Assembly (NCBI GenBank): GCA_951406725.2
Contig: OX597838.1
Span: 16,306,001-16,370,000 of the forward strand
Direction of reading: 5' to 3'
From: Octopus vulgaris
Taxonomy: Eukaryota
DNA length: 64,000 nucleotides
Under the pieces are notes generated by a model. It was given only the letters and a program-made list of their open reading frames with translations. It was not told the DNA's origin and did no database searches. Shown one piece after another: positions 12,897 through 25,025 of the stretch (positions are counted from its first letter, which is position 1; each line of letters opens with the position of its first letter). Both the position numbers and the translations under genes were made by a program.

Positions 12897-13080
12897 AGAA
12901 AGTTTATGAAAATAAACAAAAGACGAAGGCAGGTGGTGTACAAACAAACAAATGTATTACTATAGCGCTCAGGAATAGAAAAAGTCTTTTATGTTTTGAG
13001 CCTACACTCGTCCACAGAAAGATACACAGAAAAAAACAAGGAGAGAAAAAAAATGCGTGTAGAAGCTAACAATCTATCTG
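12893..13080 (-). mobile_element. Same (TA)n-associated element, copy 2
   Basis: Reverse complement of 11852-12043. Confidence 0.7.
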
Positions 13081-13218
13081 GGAGAGAGAGAGGGGGGGGC
13101 AGAAAATATAACTGTGTTTAAATGCATATTTGGAGAGTATTCATTATTTTGCGTCAATTTTTCTTTTCATTGTTGTTGTTATTGAGCAACCTGGTCAGTT
13201 TCAAAAGAGCAATCTTAC

Positions 13219-13411
13219 ACCAGAACAAATGTTCATTAGCAACAAGTCTTAAATGACGTACATCCAGTTATAGTCTGCTTTAGAACAACACTTATAAACT
13301 CCCTTTATATAGCAGGAGATGGTTGTGTTGTAAAACTGTGTGGCAGCCATGTTGTATATCTATTTTACTGTCCTGTCTGCTCATAATAATCATCAAAAGC
13401 TTCGTTATTGG
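13219..13411 (-). promoter_or_regulatory. Candidate Pol II promoter plus short first exon
   Basis: Minus strand: GGCCAAT (CCAAT at 13411-13407), TATATAAAGG (13311-13302), then donor GGT|GTAAGA after 13219, all in unique sequence. Confidence 0.35.
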
Positions 13412-13612
13412 CCACAATGGAAAATAACAAGATGGACATGGACAGTGAATAGTAGTCTCGATTTTTTTGATTTTTTTCCCCCACAGATTTTATTAAAAAT
13501 AATAATTGTGAACAAGGTTCAGACAGACTTTACGGCTGTTGTAACAATGGAAATTTCTTTTTTTTTTTTCTGAACAAATGAGTTGTCTATCTATCAAACT
13601 ATATATCTATTT

Positions 13613-13843
13613 CTTTATTACCCACAAGGGGCTAAACATAGAGGGGACAAACAAGGACAGACAAACGGACTAAGTCGATTACATTGACCCCAGTGCGTCA
13701 CTGGTACTTAATTTATCGACCCCGAAAAGATGAAAGGCAAAGTCGACCTCGGCGGAATTTGAACTCACAACACAACGGCAGACGAAATACAGCTAAGCAT
13801 TTCGCCCGGCGTGCTAACGATTCTGCCAGCTCGCCGCCTTCTT
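13613..13843 (-). mobile_element. SINE family B with ~14 bp TSD
   Basis: ctatatatctattt at 13599-13612 and 13844-13857. Confidence 0.92.
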
Positions 13844-14207
13844 CTATATATCTATTTATCCATACACACAGTTTCACATTATCAGGATTTTTACATTTTC
13901 TTAAGAACTTCAAAATATATGAAATAAGTCGCTTTAACAGAGGAACATAATGTCTATAATTCTATAAATAATAGCATGTGGAATGTTATGCTAAAAATCT
14001 TCTGGATAGAAAAGAGTCAAAGGTTACTCTTGGAGCATGAACCATGACAAAAGTGTCGCAAGCAACCTTCAACATTTTTCTTTCCATGAAGTTTTTAACC
14101 CAATTTTCTACAATATATTAGATGTAGCTTTATCTACATTGATTTCCATCATTAAAATTATTTACCACATATTATATTATAATATCATACATACATACAT
14201 AGACAGA

Positions 14208-14332
14208 CAGATAGATAGACAGAGAGGTAGACAGACAGACAGGCAGCAGGCAAGCAGGCAGGCAGAGACAGATAGACAGACAGACAGACAGGCAGGCAGG
14301 CAGACAGACAGACAGATAGACAGACAGATAGA
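14208..14332. repeat. (GACA)/(GGCA)/(GATA)n tetranucleotide repeat
   Basis: Directly visible. Confidence 0.9.
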
Positions 14333-14733
14333 TATACACACACATTTGTATTTCTTTTTACATAATTGCATTGGTCAAGAGGAAATGGTTATACCCTTGG
14401 ACTTTACAGGCCTCTGAGACCAGTGAGGTCAACACAGTTAACATTCATCTTGGACAATTGCAAGTTGATGGTTGCAGGAGAAATGTGTGCGAAACAGGAC
14501 TTTCCAGAAGGCTGACATGGTCAGAAAATTGATAAGGGAGTACCTGAGAATACTCCTAGAAAAGAGAAATGGAGTAACAGCGAAGAGTAGAGATGGAAAT
14601 GTGTACATGATTGTGCACTCAAAGGAAAGAGAGTAGAGTACAGACTGACAAGGAAAGTGAGTAGAGTTGGAGTGAAAATTAGAGTAAGAGTTCTTGGAGA
14701 CAGCCTTGTTGAAATAATGATGGAGAAACAACA

Positions 14734-15120
14734 GGCGCAGGAGTGGCTGTGTGGTAAGTAGCTTGCTAACCAACCACATGGTTCCGGGTTCAGTCCCACT
14801 GCGTGGTATCTTGGGCAAGTGTCTTCTGCTATAGCCCCGGGCCGACCAACGCCTTGTGAGTGGATTTGGTAGACGGAAACTGAAAGAAGCCTGTCATATA
14901 TATATGTGTGTATGTGTGTGTGTTTGTCCCCCTATAGCATTGCTTGACAACCGATGGTGGTGTGTTTACGTACCCGTCACTTAGCGGTTCGGCAAAAAGA
15001 GACCGATAGAATAAGTACAGGGCTTACAAAGAATAAGTCCCGGGGTCGAGTTGCTCGACTAAAGGCGGTGCTCCAGCATGGCCGCAGTCAAATGACTGAA
15101 ACAAGTAAAAGAGTAAAGAG
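14734..15120 (+). mobile_element. SINE family A (full length, close to consensus)
   Basis: GGCGCAGGAGTGGCTGTGTGGTAAG...tgactgaaacaagtaaaagagtaaagag. Confidence 0.95.
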
Positions 15121-15298
15121 AAGATGGAAAGGCCTGATGACAATTATAGGAAGTGGTAGGCAAAATGGAAGTTTAGGTATGAATCCTTGATTTCGATCAG
15201 AGTAAAATGGAGATGATGCAGAAAAGTATTTTATTTACAATCATATCAGTAAAAGAAATTGCATAATGAGAGAAAATAATAAAAGTGGAGGTATTTAA

Positions 15299-15520
15299 CC
15301 CTTTAGCATTTAAACCGGCCATATCCGGTCAAAAGTATTCTACCTGTTTTATGTTCAAACTGGCCAGATCTGGTCTCTCACACCAACCCTACAATATCGT
15401 TTTAAAAATTAACAGCTACCTCATCAAAATTCTCATAGATACAAGATAATGCATGATTAATTCAAAACAATGTGGATAAAAAAGGATTAATTTTGGCAGA
15501 ATAATGCGAACACTAAAGGG
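15299..15520. mobile_element. piggyBac-like MITE, family P2
   Basis: TTAA TSD 15295-15298 / 15521-15524; termini CCCTTTAG...CTAAAGGG; near-identical copy at 59015-59235. Confidence 0.85.
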
Positions 15521-15793
15521 TTAAACCACAACAAAGGCGGCAAATTGGCAGAACTAGTAGCAGCATTTCGTCTCCCTTTACATTCTGAGTTCAAATTGTG
15601 CCAAGGTTGACTTTTCCTTTCATCCTTTTTTTGGGGGGGGGTCTATAAAATGAGTAGCAGCTGAACACTAGGATTGATTTAATCAACCTATCCCCTCCCA
15701 CCGAACTCACTGGCCTTGTGCCAAAATTTGAAACCTGTATTTAAGCCATGACTGTACAAGAGGAAGATGAAGCATAAGTGGCTGGTGAAAGTT

Positions 15794-15874
15794 TTAACCC
15801 TTCAGGTACATCAATATTTGAGTATATCATCCTGACTGTCGCAAAATAAGTACAAAAATTAATATTTTAAAATG

Positions 15875-15905
<31 letters not shown>

Positions 15906-16342
15906 TTATTTATTTATTTATAACAACATATGTAAACAAACTTTTTTTGTGTACACATCAAATGTGTATCGTAAATACCTAATCTTTCTGCTGTTTTCAT
16001 GGCTATACAGTGTTCGAAATATTACTTTCTTGTCATCATCATCGTTTAACGTCCACTTTCCATGCTAGCATGGGTTGGGCGATTTGACTGAGGACTGGCG
16101 AACCAGATGGCTGCACCAGACTCCAGTCTGATCTGGCAGAGTTTCTACAGCTGGATGCCCTTCCTAACGCCAACCACTCCAAAAGTGTAGTGGGTGCTTT
16201 TTACGTGTCAGTATGATAAATATATATATATATATATATGGTATGATAATCAGAAATTGCTATTGCTAATTGATGACTTTGCTCTATCTACATACATTCG
16301 GAAAAAATCCTCTGTTGATGACTCTTGTACTTGAAGGGTTAA
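15794..16342. mobile_element. piggyBac-like MITE containing a family C insertion (16032-16210)
   Basis: Ends ttaacccttcaggtaca and tgtacttgaagggttaa are inverted repeats bounded by TTAA. Confidence 0.7.
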
Positions 16343-16657
16343 AGACAATATGGGCAACACTGTGATTGGATGTGTAAGGAATTTCATTGGTTTCTAGTTC
16401 TACTGTATTGTCAAAGAAAAAATCTAGTGAGAAAAGGGGATCAAGATGAAGATTTAGTGGGAAAAGGATCAGAAAACATGGACAGCTATAACACAATCTA
16501 AGGTCTGGTGAAAAGCCGACAACCAGAATAAAGTAGATTACAGTGGCTAACAAGCAGCATTTTACATCACTATAAAATTACATGTATTCATGTGCATGTA
16601 CATATTTATATATGTATGTGTATATATATATATATATATATATAAAAACGATAAACA

Positions 16658-16958
16658 TTGCCCTTTTCAAGCCTAGCCAGGCTCATGGGTCCGGTTTCCT
16701 GGTTTCTGTGGGGTATGTGCTCCCCCCAGCTGGATGGGATGCCAGTCCATCGCAGCGTTACTCAAGAAACAGGAAGAGAGAGTGAGAGAAAGTTGTGGTG
16801 AAAGAGTACAACAGGGGTCGCCACCACCCCATGCTAGATCCTTGTGAAGCTTTTAGGTGTTTTTGCTCAATGAACACACACAATGCCCGCTCTGGGAATC
16901 GAAATCGCGATCCTCTGACCACGAGTCCACTGCCCTAACCACTGGACCATTGCACCTC

Positions 16959-16960
<2 letters not shown>
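16658..16960 (-). mobile_element. tRNA-derived SINE with V-domain-like core
   Basis: Head tggaggtgcaatggtccagtggttagggcag...ttcgattccc; core ctgcgatggactggcatcccatccag resembles the V-SINE domain; relatives at 34836-34933 and 55026-55272. Confidence 0.8.
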
Positions 16961-17023
<63 letters not shown>

Positions 17024-17025
<2 letters not shown>

Positions 17026-17250
17026 ATGCTCTTAGCTTAGATTTTCCTTGGGGCTGGCCAGATTGGAGCAATCTCAAAGATTAATCAGCTGAAATTGCGA
17101 GGATGATCCGGTTCTTGACTGAGGATAGAAAGGCTTCGAATGACCCATCCTTGTTTTTTTGTATCATCTATCTGGATGCTTTGTTGTCCCTTTTTGTATC
17201 ACTTAGCTGTCCGGATATTTTGCGTTCTTGTCCCCTTTTGTATTTTATTT
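17024..17250. mobile_element. Unclassified (TA)n-embedded interspersed element
   Basis: Complex ~225 bp island between TA-rich tracts; single copy here. Confidence 0.4.
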
Positions 17251-17849
17251 ACATATGTATATATATATACACACTCATACACACACTGTGCATACATGAC
17301 TAAGGACATATATGTGAGTAAACACAAGAGAAATACAGAGACAAAATACAAGTGTAATATTTCTTTTAAATATATATATATATGTATGTATATATTATTA
17401 TGATGATGATTTTATATATAAATAAAGTATTACACTTGTTTTTAATGCAATTACTGTAAAAAGATTACAATACTTTTAATATTATTGTGCAATTCATCCA
17501 TTTTCTGCTTAAATAAATACACAGACACAGACACACACATAATGCTCTGTGTATGATTGTATGCATATGTGTTGATGTGTTTAGATCTATTTTGCATGTA
17601 CAGTTTGTTTGTGTGTGTGTGTGTGTGTGTGAGTATAATGAGAGATGAGTCATGGTATCGATTGTTCAAAGTATGCAATTCAATTGTCATTAGCCAAAAA
17701 TCTATTTATCAGCATAGGAGCCTTTTTGTCATGAATGTCTGACAGTAATAGGGAGGGGGGGGAAAGGATGTTTATAGGGATGCATGCCTATAGTCACCAA
17801 CACAAACGCTTAAGGGACACACATTACATAAATATACATACGTACGTAC

Positions 17850-17922
<73 letters not shown>

Positions 17923-17960
17923 AATAATAATAATAATGATGATAATAATAATAATAATAA

Positions 17961-18204
17961 TTGGGAACTATTCCTAAAGATCTGAACAAATGGGTAGAGG
18001 AAATAGGCATAAAACCCAGTTTAGAACAGCTGCAGAGAACAGTGTTATTAGGGACAGCTAGAATACTTAGGAGGGTTCTGGGCATCTAAGGTTACTTGCT
18101 GTAACCCGATAGGAGGGTTTTGGGCATCTAAAGCAACTTGTTGTGGCCTGATGTTAGGATTTTTTTTTTTTCTTTTGCAACAGTCTAAATCTGTTGAGTG
18201 CATA

Positions 18205-18206
<2 letters not shown>
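17961..18206 (+). mobile_element. 5'-truncated R4/Dong-like (RLE) non-LTR retrotransposon in (TAA)n
   Basis: 17961-18089 translates LGTIPKDLNKWVEEIGIKPSLEQLQRTVLLGTARILRRVLGI*, a typical R4/Dong C-terminus; (TAA)n on both sides. Confidence 0.85.
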
Positions 18207-18272
<66 letters not shown>

Positions 18273-18410
18273 AACAACAACAACAATAACAATAAATGAT
18301 CTCGAATTTTGGCACAAGACCAACAATTTTGGCGGAGGGGGTAAGTTGATATAATCGACCACTGTCTTTAACTGGTACTTAATTTTATCAACCATGAAAG
18401 CGGTTGGTGG

Positions 18411-18441
<31 letters not shown>

Positions 18442-18611
18442 AGTAATAATATATGCAGTATTTTTTATTTTTTTTTTAATTGGTAAAAGTTACAAAATGA
18501 CTCAAAGACCAAGAGCTTTGTGATAAGTAACATACATGAAACTTTCAGCTGTTGAGTCACATTGTAACTTCCCATAATAAAAAATATTCTTTAGATAAAA
18601 TATAATATATA

Positions 18612-18834
18612 CAGTAATCCCTCGTTTATCGTGGGTGATACATTTCAAAACACCCTGCGACAGGTGAAAATCCATGAAGTACAAACAGTACTGTGCTGCA
18701 TTTTTTAATTTTTTTTATTTCTATAATTTGTATATTTATTTTATTACAAATGCAAAACAACACCATGGCAGAATCAGTGTAAGCTTAAATAATAAACTGT
18801 GATAGGTGAACCACAATATGGCAAGGGATTACTG
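18612..18834. mobile_element. Tc1/mariner (Tigger/pogo-like) MITE
   Basis: TA|cagtaatccctcgtttatcgtgg ... ccacaatatggcaagggattactg terminal inverted repeats. Confidence 0.8.
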
Positions 18835-18871
<37 letters not shown>

Positions 18872-18881
18872 TATATATACA

Positions 18882-19043
18882 CCGTATTTTAATGTGCATA
18901 AGGAACTGTTTTTTGTCAAAAATTAGGTTAAAAAATATGGGAGTTTCTTATACATGGATAGTATTATAATCCCTTACAAATCCCTTTATTCCAAATTTTA
19001 AGCCCCAAAAATTAGGGGGTTCCTTATACACGTTAAAATATGG
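18882..19043. mobile_element. Tc1/mariner-type MITE
   Basis: TIRs ccgtattttaatgtgcataaggaac / gttccttatacacgttaaaatatgg|TA. Confidence 0.8.
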
Positions 19044-19047
19044 TATC

Positions 19048-19098
<51 letters not shown>

Positions 19099-19794
19099 AC
19101 ACACACACACACACACACAGTTCTAGTTATCCTGATTATTCTAGAAAACACTTTGTGTGTGTGTGTATATATCTATATATATACATAGGAATACAATAAC
19201 ATTGAAGATGTGACAAGTATCTACTTTCCTGAATAGCAGCCAAATCTCTTGCAAATCACATCCTATTATTTTCCCCACCTCCCCAGCAAAACAGAAAACA
19301 AGATATTGGATAATGTAGGTGAACAAAATGTTGGGAAGGTCATGATTGGCACGGCTCTCATTGCATTTGCTCAAAAGGTTCACTTAGAGTTATTCACAAC
19401 TACAAAACAACATCAAACTAGAGATTTGCCAACACTGTCTTAGTTAAGCTTTGTCTGAACAAAAGATGGGATAGTCATGGCTGGAATGCATTTTGTATTA
19501 GGTGTTTCTTATCAGGAGTGAACTAGGATTCAACAACATTAACATCAGTCACAGGTAACACTGCTCCCACCCTGGAAGAATTTAGAGGCAGGTGAGTGAG
19601 CTGAGTGAATCTCATTTTTCACAATAAGATGAACTAACTGCCTTTCAATTAGGCTGTATCCACTGTCTGTCTGTCCCCACCTATCTTTAAATATAGGTGA
19701 GTAATGCTTAGACATGCAAGATCTGAAGGCAAAATGAACATGTTTGTGTGTGTGTTATTTGTCATTATTATTACTACTACTACTACTACTACTA

Positions 19795-20166
19795 CCAGCT
19801 CTGCCTTAGCGAAGGTGAAAGTATTGTTTCAGTTGTGTTTGTTAGTTTGTTTGTCCATGGATAAGATATTTCAAGAACTGCTGGATGGATTCAGATAAAA
19901 CTTTCAAGGATATTTGGCCACAGGATTGGCATAAACTGGTTAAATTTTGGAATCAATCCAGTACCAGATAAGGATTCTGGATTATTTTTCCTGTTTTTTT
20001 TTTTACTTAATTTTTCAGAGCAACTGGATTCATTTTTAGTATTCTCGTTTGTGAGAGCAGTCAAGTTTATTTCAGATATTCTCATTATAAAAATCACCTC
20101 TGGCTAATTGTTGAGAGGATGTTGGTTGTTGCCTTGGCAAAGGTTTGCGCTCTCCGAGTGCTCTTA
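19795..20166 (+). mobile_element. Non-autonomous Helentron/DINE-like element
   Basis: 5' ctctgccttagcgaagg, (GTTT)n tract, 3' ttggcaaaggtttgcgctctccgagtgc hairpin; partial second copy at 40541-40838. Confidence 0.6.
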
Positions 20167-20597
20167 TTATTATTATTATTATTATTATTATAATTAAGGT
20201 GGTGAGCTGACAGAATCATTAGCAAGCTGAACAAAATGCTAAGTGGTATTTCACCCATCGCTACATTCTGAGTTCAAATTCCACTGAAGTTAACTCTGCC
20301 TTCCATCCTCTTGGGGTTGATAAAATAAGTACCAGTTGAACACTGGTATCGATGTAATTGACTCATCCCCTCCCCCACCACCACCACCACCCCCCAAAAT
20401 TGGCAAAATTTGAAACTATTATTATTATTATTTTCTTCACACTCAACTGAGGTCAATTTTTGCCTTTTATCCTTTCAGGTTCAATGAAATAAATACCAGT
20501 TACACACTGGGGTCAATTTAATCAACAAGTCCCCTATCACCCCCCCCCCAATTTCAGGCTTTGTGCCTTTAGTAGAAAGGATCATTATTATTACTAT

Positions 20598-20812
20598 TAT
20601 TCTATGTTTGACTTTTGCTTTATATTTGTACAAGTTGGCTCCAAGTCTCACCCAGAGACCTCAAGAGACAACAGGTTGGAAGTTCATGTTGTTGTTATGC
20701 CTAGTGTGCCATATATTTGGGTTTTTTTTTTTTTATGTTGTACTAGTGAATGTCTAAAAAAAATAATGTTTGTTTTAAACCCTGAGATTACATAGAAAGT
20801 ATTTTGCGTAGA
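20598..20812 (-). mobile_element. R4/Dong-like 3' end (…LRKILSM* plus 3' UTR) in (TAA)n
   Basis: Minus strand ctacgcaaaatactttctatgtaa then UTR; TTA repeats on both sides. Confidence 0.55.
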
Positions 20813-20845
20813 TATTATTATTATTATTACTATTATTATTATTAC

Positions 20846-20908
<63 letters not shown>

Positions 20909-20944
20909 TATTATTATTATTATTATTATTACTATTATTATTTA

Positions 20945-21112
20945 ATACAGTTTGATTCAGCTCCATGTGACTTCATCTCACAGGCCTCTAGCAGAGGCCC
21001 ATCTCTTTCAGACTTTGTTAACTGAATCAATAACCAAAACCTGAAAGAGATAGGTTTCTGTTAGAAGCCTACAAAGACTTCAAGTCACATGGAACCAAAT
21101 CAAATTGTTTTA
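20945..21112. repeat. Imperfect ~75 bp-arm palindrome (old MITE or foldback)
   Basis: acagtttgattcagctccatgtgactt...tctctttcag versus ctgaaagaga...aagtcacatggaaccaaatcaaattgt. Confidence 0.7.
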
Positions 21113-21187
21113 GATAATACATGTAACTCTAACTAAATAAACAGAGAGCTTTTTTTTCTTTCATTTGTACACTCACTCGTATATACA

Positions 21188-21400
21188 CAGAGTCCACCGA
21201 AAAAATGTATACACACTTCAGGAAAGGAAAAAATCTGTATAAATATTTTTATTCAGTGTTGTTGCAATTTATTCAGTGCGATCATAATTTGATAAAATAT
21301 CAAAAGCAGTATTCATATTTATAAAGATATCTATACAAGTTAAATATTTATACAGATTCTTCTATCATGAAGTTTGTATACATTTGTTTAGCAGACTGTG
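21188..21400. mobile_element. Tc1/mariner-type MITE with ~60 bp TIRs
   Basis: aaatgtatacacacttca...aatctgtataaatattt and its reverse complement at the right end. Confidence 0.7.
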
Positions 21401-21427
21401 CATGTGTGTGTGTATATATATATATAT

Positions 21428-21576
21428 AACCATATATATATATATCATCATCATCATCATCATTTAACATCTGTTGTCTATGCTGGCATAGCTTGCCAGC
21501 CCTAGTCAAACCGTCCAACCCATGTCAGCATGGACAATGGACGCTAAATGATGATGATGATATATATATGTGGTTA

Positions 21577-21617
<41 letters not shown>

Positions 21618-21700
21618 CATGCTGACATGGGTTGGACGGTTTGACTAGGACTGGCAAGCTATGCCAGCAATAGACAACAGACGTTAAATGATGATGATAT
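21428..21700. repeat. Local inverted duplication of fused family C tails around a (TA)n spacer
   Basis: ~21452-21535 is the reverse complement of 21615-21698. Confidence 0.85.
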
Positions 21701-21704
21701 ATAT

Positions 21705-21749
<45 letters not shown>

Positions 21750-21872
21750 TCTATATATATATATATATATATATAAATTTATATTTATAAAATTATATGG
21801 TTATGGACAATATGTCCAATTTTCGGCATATTTGGCATTAGAAATTTTTTTCGTTTGCTCTTATTTATAAGT

Positions 21873-21910
<38 letters not shown>

Positions 21911-22699
21911 AGTTTTTTTTTAATGTCGAATTGTGATAAAAATAATTTTACATTCATCTGAAGGATCACACAATACGCTTTTGCAAAGAACATACTGTAA
22001 ACGCCTGGTAAATGATGGAAATGTAAAACTCCTAGGAATAATCCATGAAAACTGCAGCTTCAAATAAAATCAAATAAAATACAATCACACACACACACAC
22101 ACACACACGCATACACATACACGCATGCATGCACACATGTGTCCAACACATACATGTACATGCGAATGCATATACAGAGATTTATGTATGTGAAGATATA
22201 CAAACATGCCGAAAGGGCTATAAACCAATTATAGCAATTCTCAATTGATGGATGTGGCGCTGCATCGTACTGCTACTACAGAGTTGAAAGCTTTCCTAGC
22301 TTCTTTGACCAGTGGCCGACAGACTGAAAGCCTTGGAAAGTCTTTGCAAGTATGGTGACCATCCTTCTATATTTCTCTGCAGGTATGAAATGTATAGATA
22401 TAAAAAAGATATACAGTTATACATAGATACACACACACACAGGCACATATATGTGTGTGTGTATGTATGTATAATTTTTAGTTCATTAATGATATGTGGT
22501 TTGTGTCTGATGAATATTATGAGGTATTTCTCAACATATGAAACTATTAGTAGCAGTTAAAGACATGCATTGTGTCTATTAAATAAAATTTCTCTCTCAC
22601 CAGATGGAGTACTTTTTTTTGTCAATCTTACCATTGTGGGACGGTACATTATATATATACATATATATACATACATATACATATATATATATATATATG

Positions 22700-23024
22700 T
22701 ATAATTAATAATATCAGGGTAATAAAAAATTTTAGAAATTTTTACTACCAGTGGCCTAGCATGTAAAAAGATTGTTAATAAACTATAAATTATTCATATA
22801 AATACAGAGTACATTTAAACACATAAGAGGCATCCGTCATAGGATTCCTTGCACGCTAGAAGGAACAGCTAAAATCCAAACCACTATTAGGGATAAACTT
22901 CAAAAGGAATGAAAAATAAAAACAAAACATTTAAATGTTTATCCCTAATAGTAGTTTGATTTTAGCTGTTCCTTTTAGCATGCAAAGAATCCTATGTTGG
23001 ATACCTCTTTTGTGTTTAAATGTA

Positions 23025-23028
<4 letters not shown>
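22700..23028. mobile_element. (TA)n-embedded foldback element with ~90 bp arms
   Basis: gtacatttaaacacataagagg...tattagggataaac (22809-22898) pairs with gtttatccctaatag...tgtgtttaaatgtac (22937-23025). Confidence 0.75.
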
Positions 23029-23063
<35 letters not shown>

Positions 23064-23344
23064 ACACACATACATACACACACACACACACACACAAATG
23101 TGCGTATGCAGAAATGACTATGGTTAAGCAGTATGATTTGCAACAATATTTTAATTGATCGAATCAACCCCTAGAACTTTGTGTTTTTTAAAAACAAGAA
23201 CCTATTTTACTGGTCTCTTCTATTGCCAAACCACTAATTTACAGGGATATAAGCAAAACACTGGCTGTTAAGTCATGGAGCAGAGACAACAATCACAAGT
23301 ATAAACATTGATACATATGTATATATACCCTTCTGTCCGGCACT

Positions 23345-23521
23345 AGTCGCCATGATAGATTGTTAGCCACTACACACATTTTTTTCTCTCCTTGTTTTTT
23401 CTGTGTCCCTTTCTGTAGAAGAGCGTAGACTCGAAACGTAAAAGACTGAGCATTATACTAATACATCTGTTTGTTTTGTACACCACCTATTTTCATCTTT
23501 TGTTTCTTTTTCGTAAACTCT

Positions 23522-23525
<4 letters not shown>
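23345..23525 (+). mobile_element. (TA)n-associated element with variant hammerhead-like motif, copy 3 (motif 23409-23444)
   Basis: cttt-CTGTAGAA-gagcgtagactc-GAAA-cg-TA-aaag. Confidence 0.7.
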
Positions 23526-23568
<43 letters not shown>

Positions 23569-23749
23569 GTTTTTTTAAATATTTTTGTTGCTTTTGTAAA
23601 ATCTCAGAAAATAATTAAAAATTCACATTTTTTTTTGTCAAATTATTTTGTTATATTTGTCTATCTGTCCAACTGTAAACATTTTAAATATTTCACTAAC
23701 GTTTTGTTATAACTGGGTAAAAGGTTACATATTTTGCCAAAAATTGCCA

Positions 23750-23875
23750 CACAGTCTCCATCTACCAAATCCACTCAAGAGCATCGGTCAACTGAGAGTT
23801 CCTGCAAAAAACACTTGCCCAAGGGGCTGTGCAATGGGACTGAACCTGAAACCACACAGCCATGCCTGTGCCTAT

Positions 23876-23920
<45 letters not shown>

Positions 23921-24310
23921 TACACATACATACATGCATACACATGCACACGTGTGTTCCCAACCACATGGTTCTAGGTTCAAGTGACACTGTGTGGTGC
24001 CTTGGGTGAGTGTCTTCTACTATAATCTCTGGCTGACCAAAGCTTTGTGAATGGATTTGATAGACAGAAACTGAAAGAAGCCCATTGTTTATACATGTTT
24101 GTGCTACCACCACTGCTTGACAACCAGTGTGGGTGTGTTTATCTGTAACTTAGCAGTTCAGCAAAAAAAGACCGATAGAATAAGTACCAGACTTTAAAAA
24201 AATAAATAATAAATAATTACAAGGGTTGATTCAATTGACTAAAAAAATTCTTCTAGGTGGTGCTCCAGCATGGCCACAGTCTAATGACTGAAACAAGTAA
24301 AAGATAAAAG
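23750..24310. mobile_element. Two diverged family A SINEs, head to head
   Basis: 23750-23872 (-) and 23955-24310 (+). Confidence 0.8.
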
Positions 24311-24702
24311 ATACATAGATACAGGTCACACACCACATCATCATCATCAGGATCATCATGCTGCTCGATAAAGTAACAGACATATTGAACAGCTTCTGGA
24401 AAATCTAATACTGTCTGACACACAGAGCGTAAATCCAAAATCAGGAGTGGTTCTCTGGAGAAAAGCAGACTGATATAGAAGTGTATGTATGTGTCGGAAA
24501 TATGCATATGTATTCATACACACATACATGAGAGAATAAAATATGAAAAATGGTGAAAATCTTAACAGAAAAAAAATATGAAAATGTCTCTTAAGTTCTA
24601 TAATTAATTCAAAACAGCGTTTATTAAATTTCCCATTATAAACCTTTATTTGACACACTACAACAAAATTAGTTAAAACACATAATTATATATATATATA
24701 TA

Positions 24703-25025
24703 TTGGTAAAACGGTAAGATAACAGAAGAAAGAAAGAGACCTCAATATTATGTAAATAGAGGAAATTTATCTATAAAATAATATGTTACATTACTCGGTA
24801 GTCAAGATAAAACTCTGAGTTTCGGATGCCGAGGTGAAAATCCACAACACCATCTCTTCGGTTATATAAAACTCTGAGTTTCGGATGCCGAGGTGAAAAT
24901 CCACAACACCATCTCTTCGGTTATATAGCCAGATAAATGAAGAGATGGTGTTGTGGATTTCCACTTCGGCATCTGAAACTCGGAGTTTTATCTTGACTAC
25001 CGAGTAATGTAACATATTATTGTAT

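Noticed and set aside
14400-14730. Possible decayed Jockey/CR1-like LINE end (also 7980-8200)
   Set aside because: Only faint peptide resemblance across frameshifts; needs BLASTx.
17110-17155. CTGAGGA as a hammerhead core
   Set aside because: No GAAA with pairing stems II, III and I could be built.
24396-24415. miR-8/200-like seed taatactgtc (also miR-2-like tatcacagc at 10723)
   Set aside because: Match ends after the seed and there is no precursor hairpin.
24807-24926. Direct repeats as a CRISPR array
   Set aside because: Two abutting units with no spacer.
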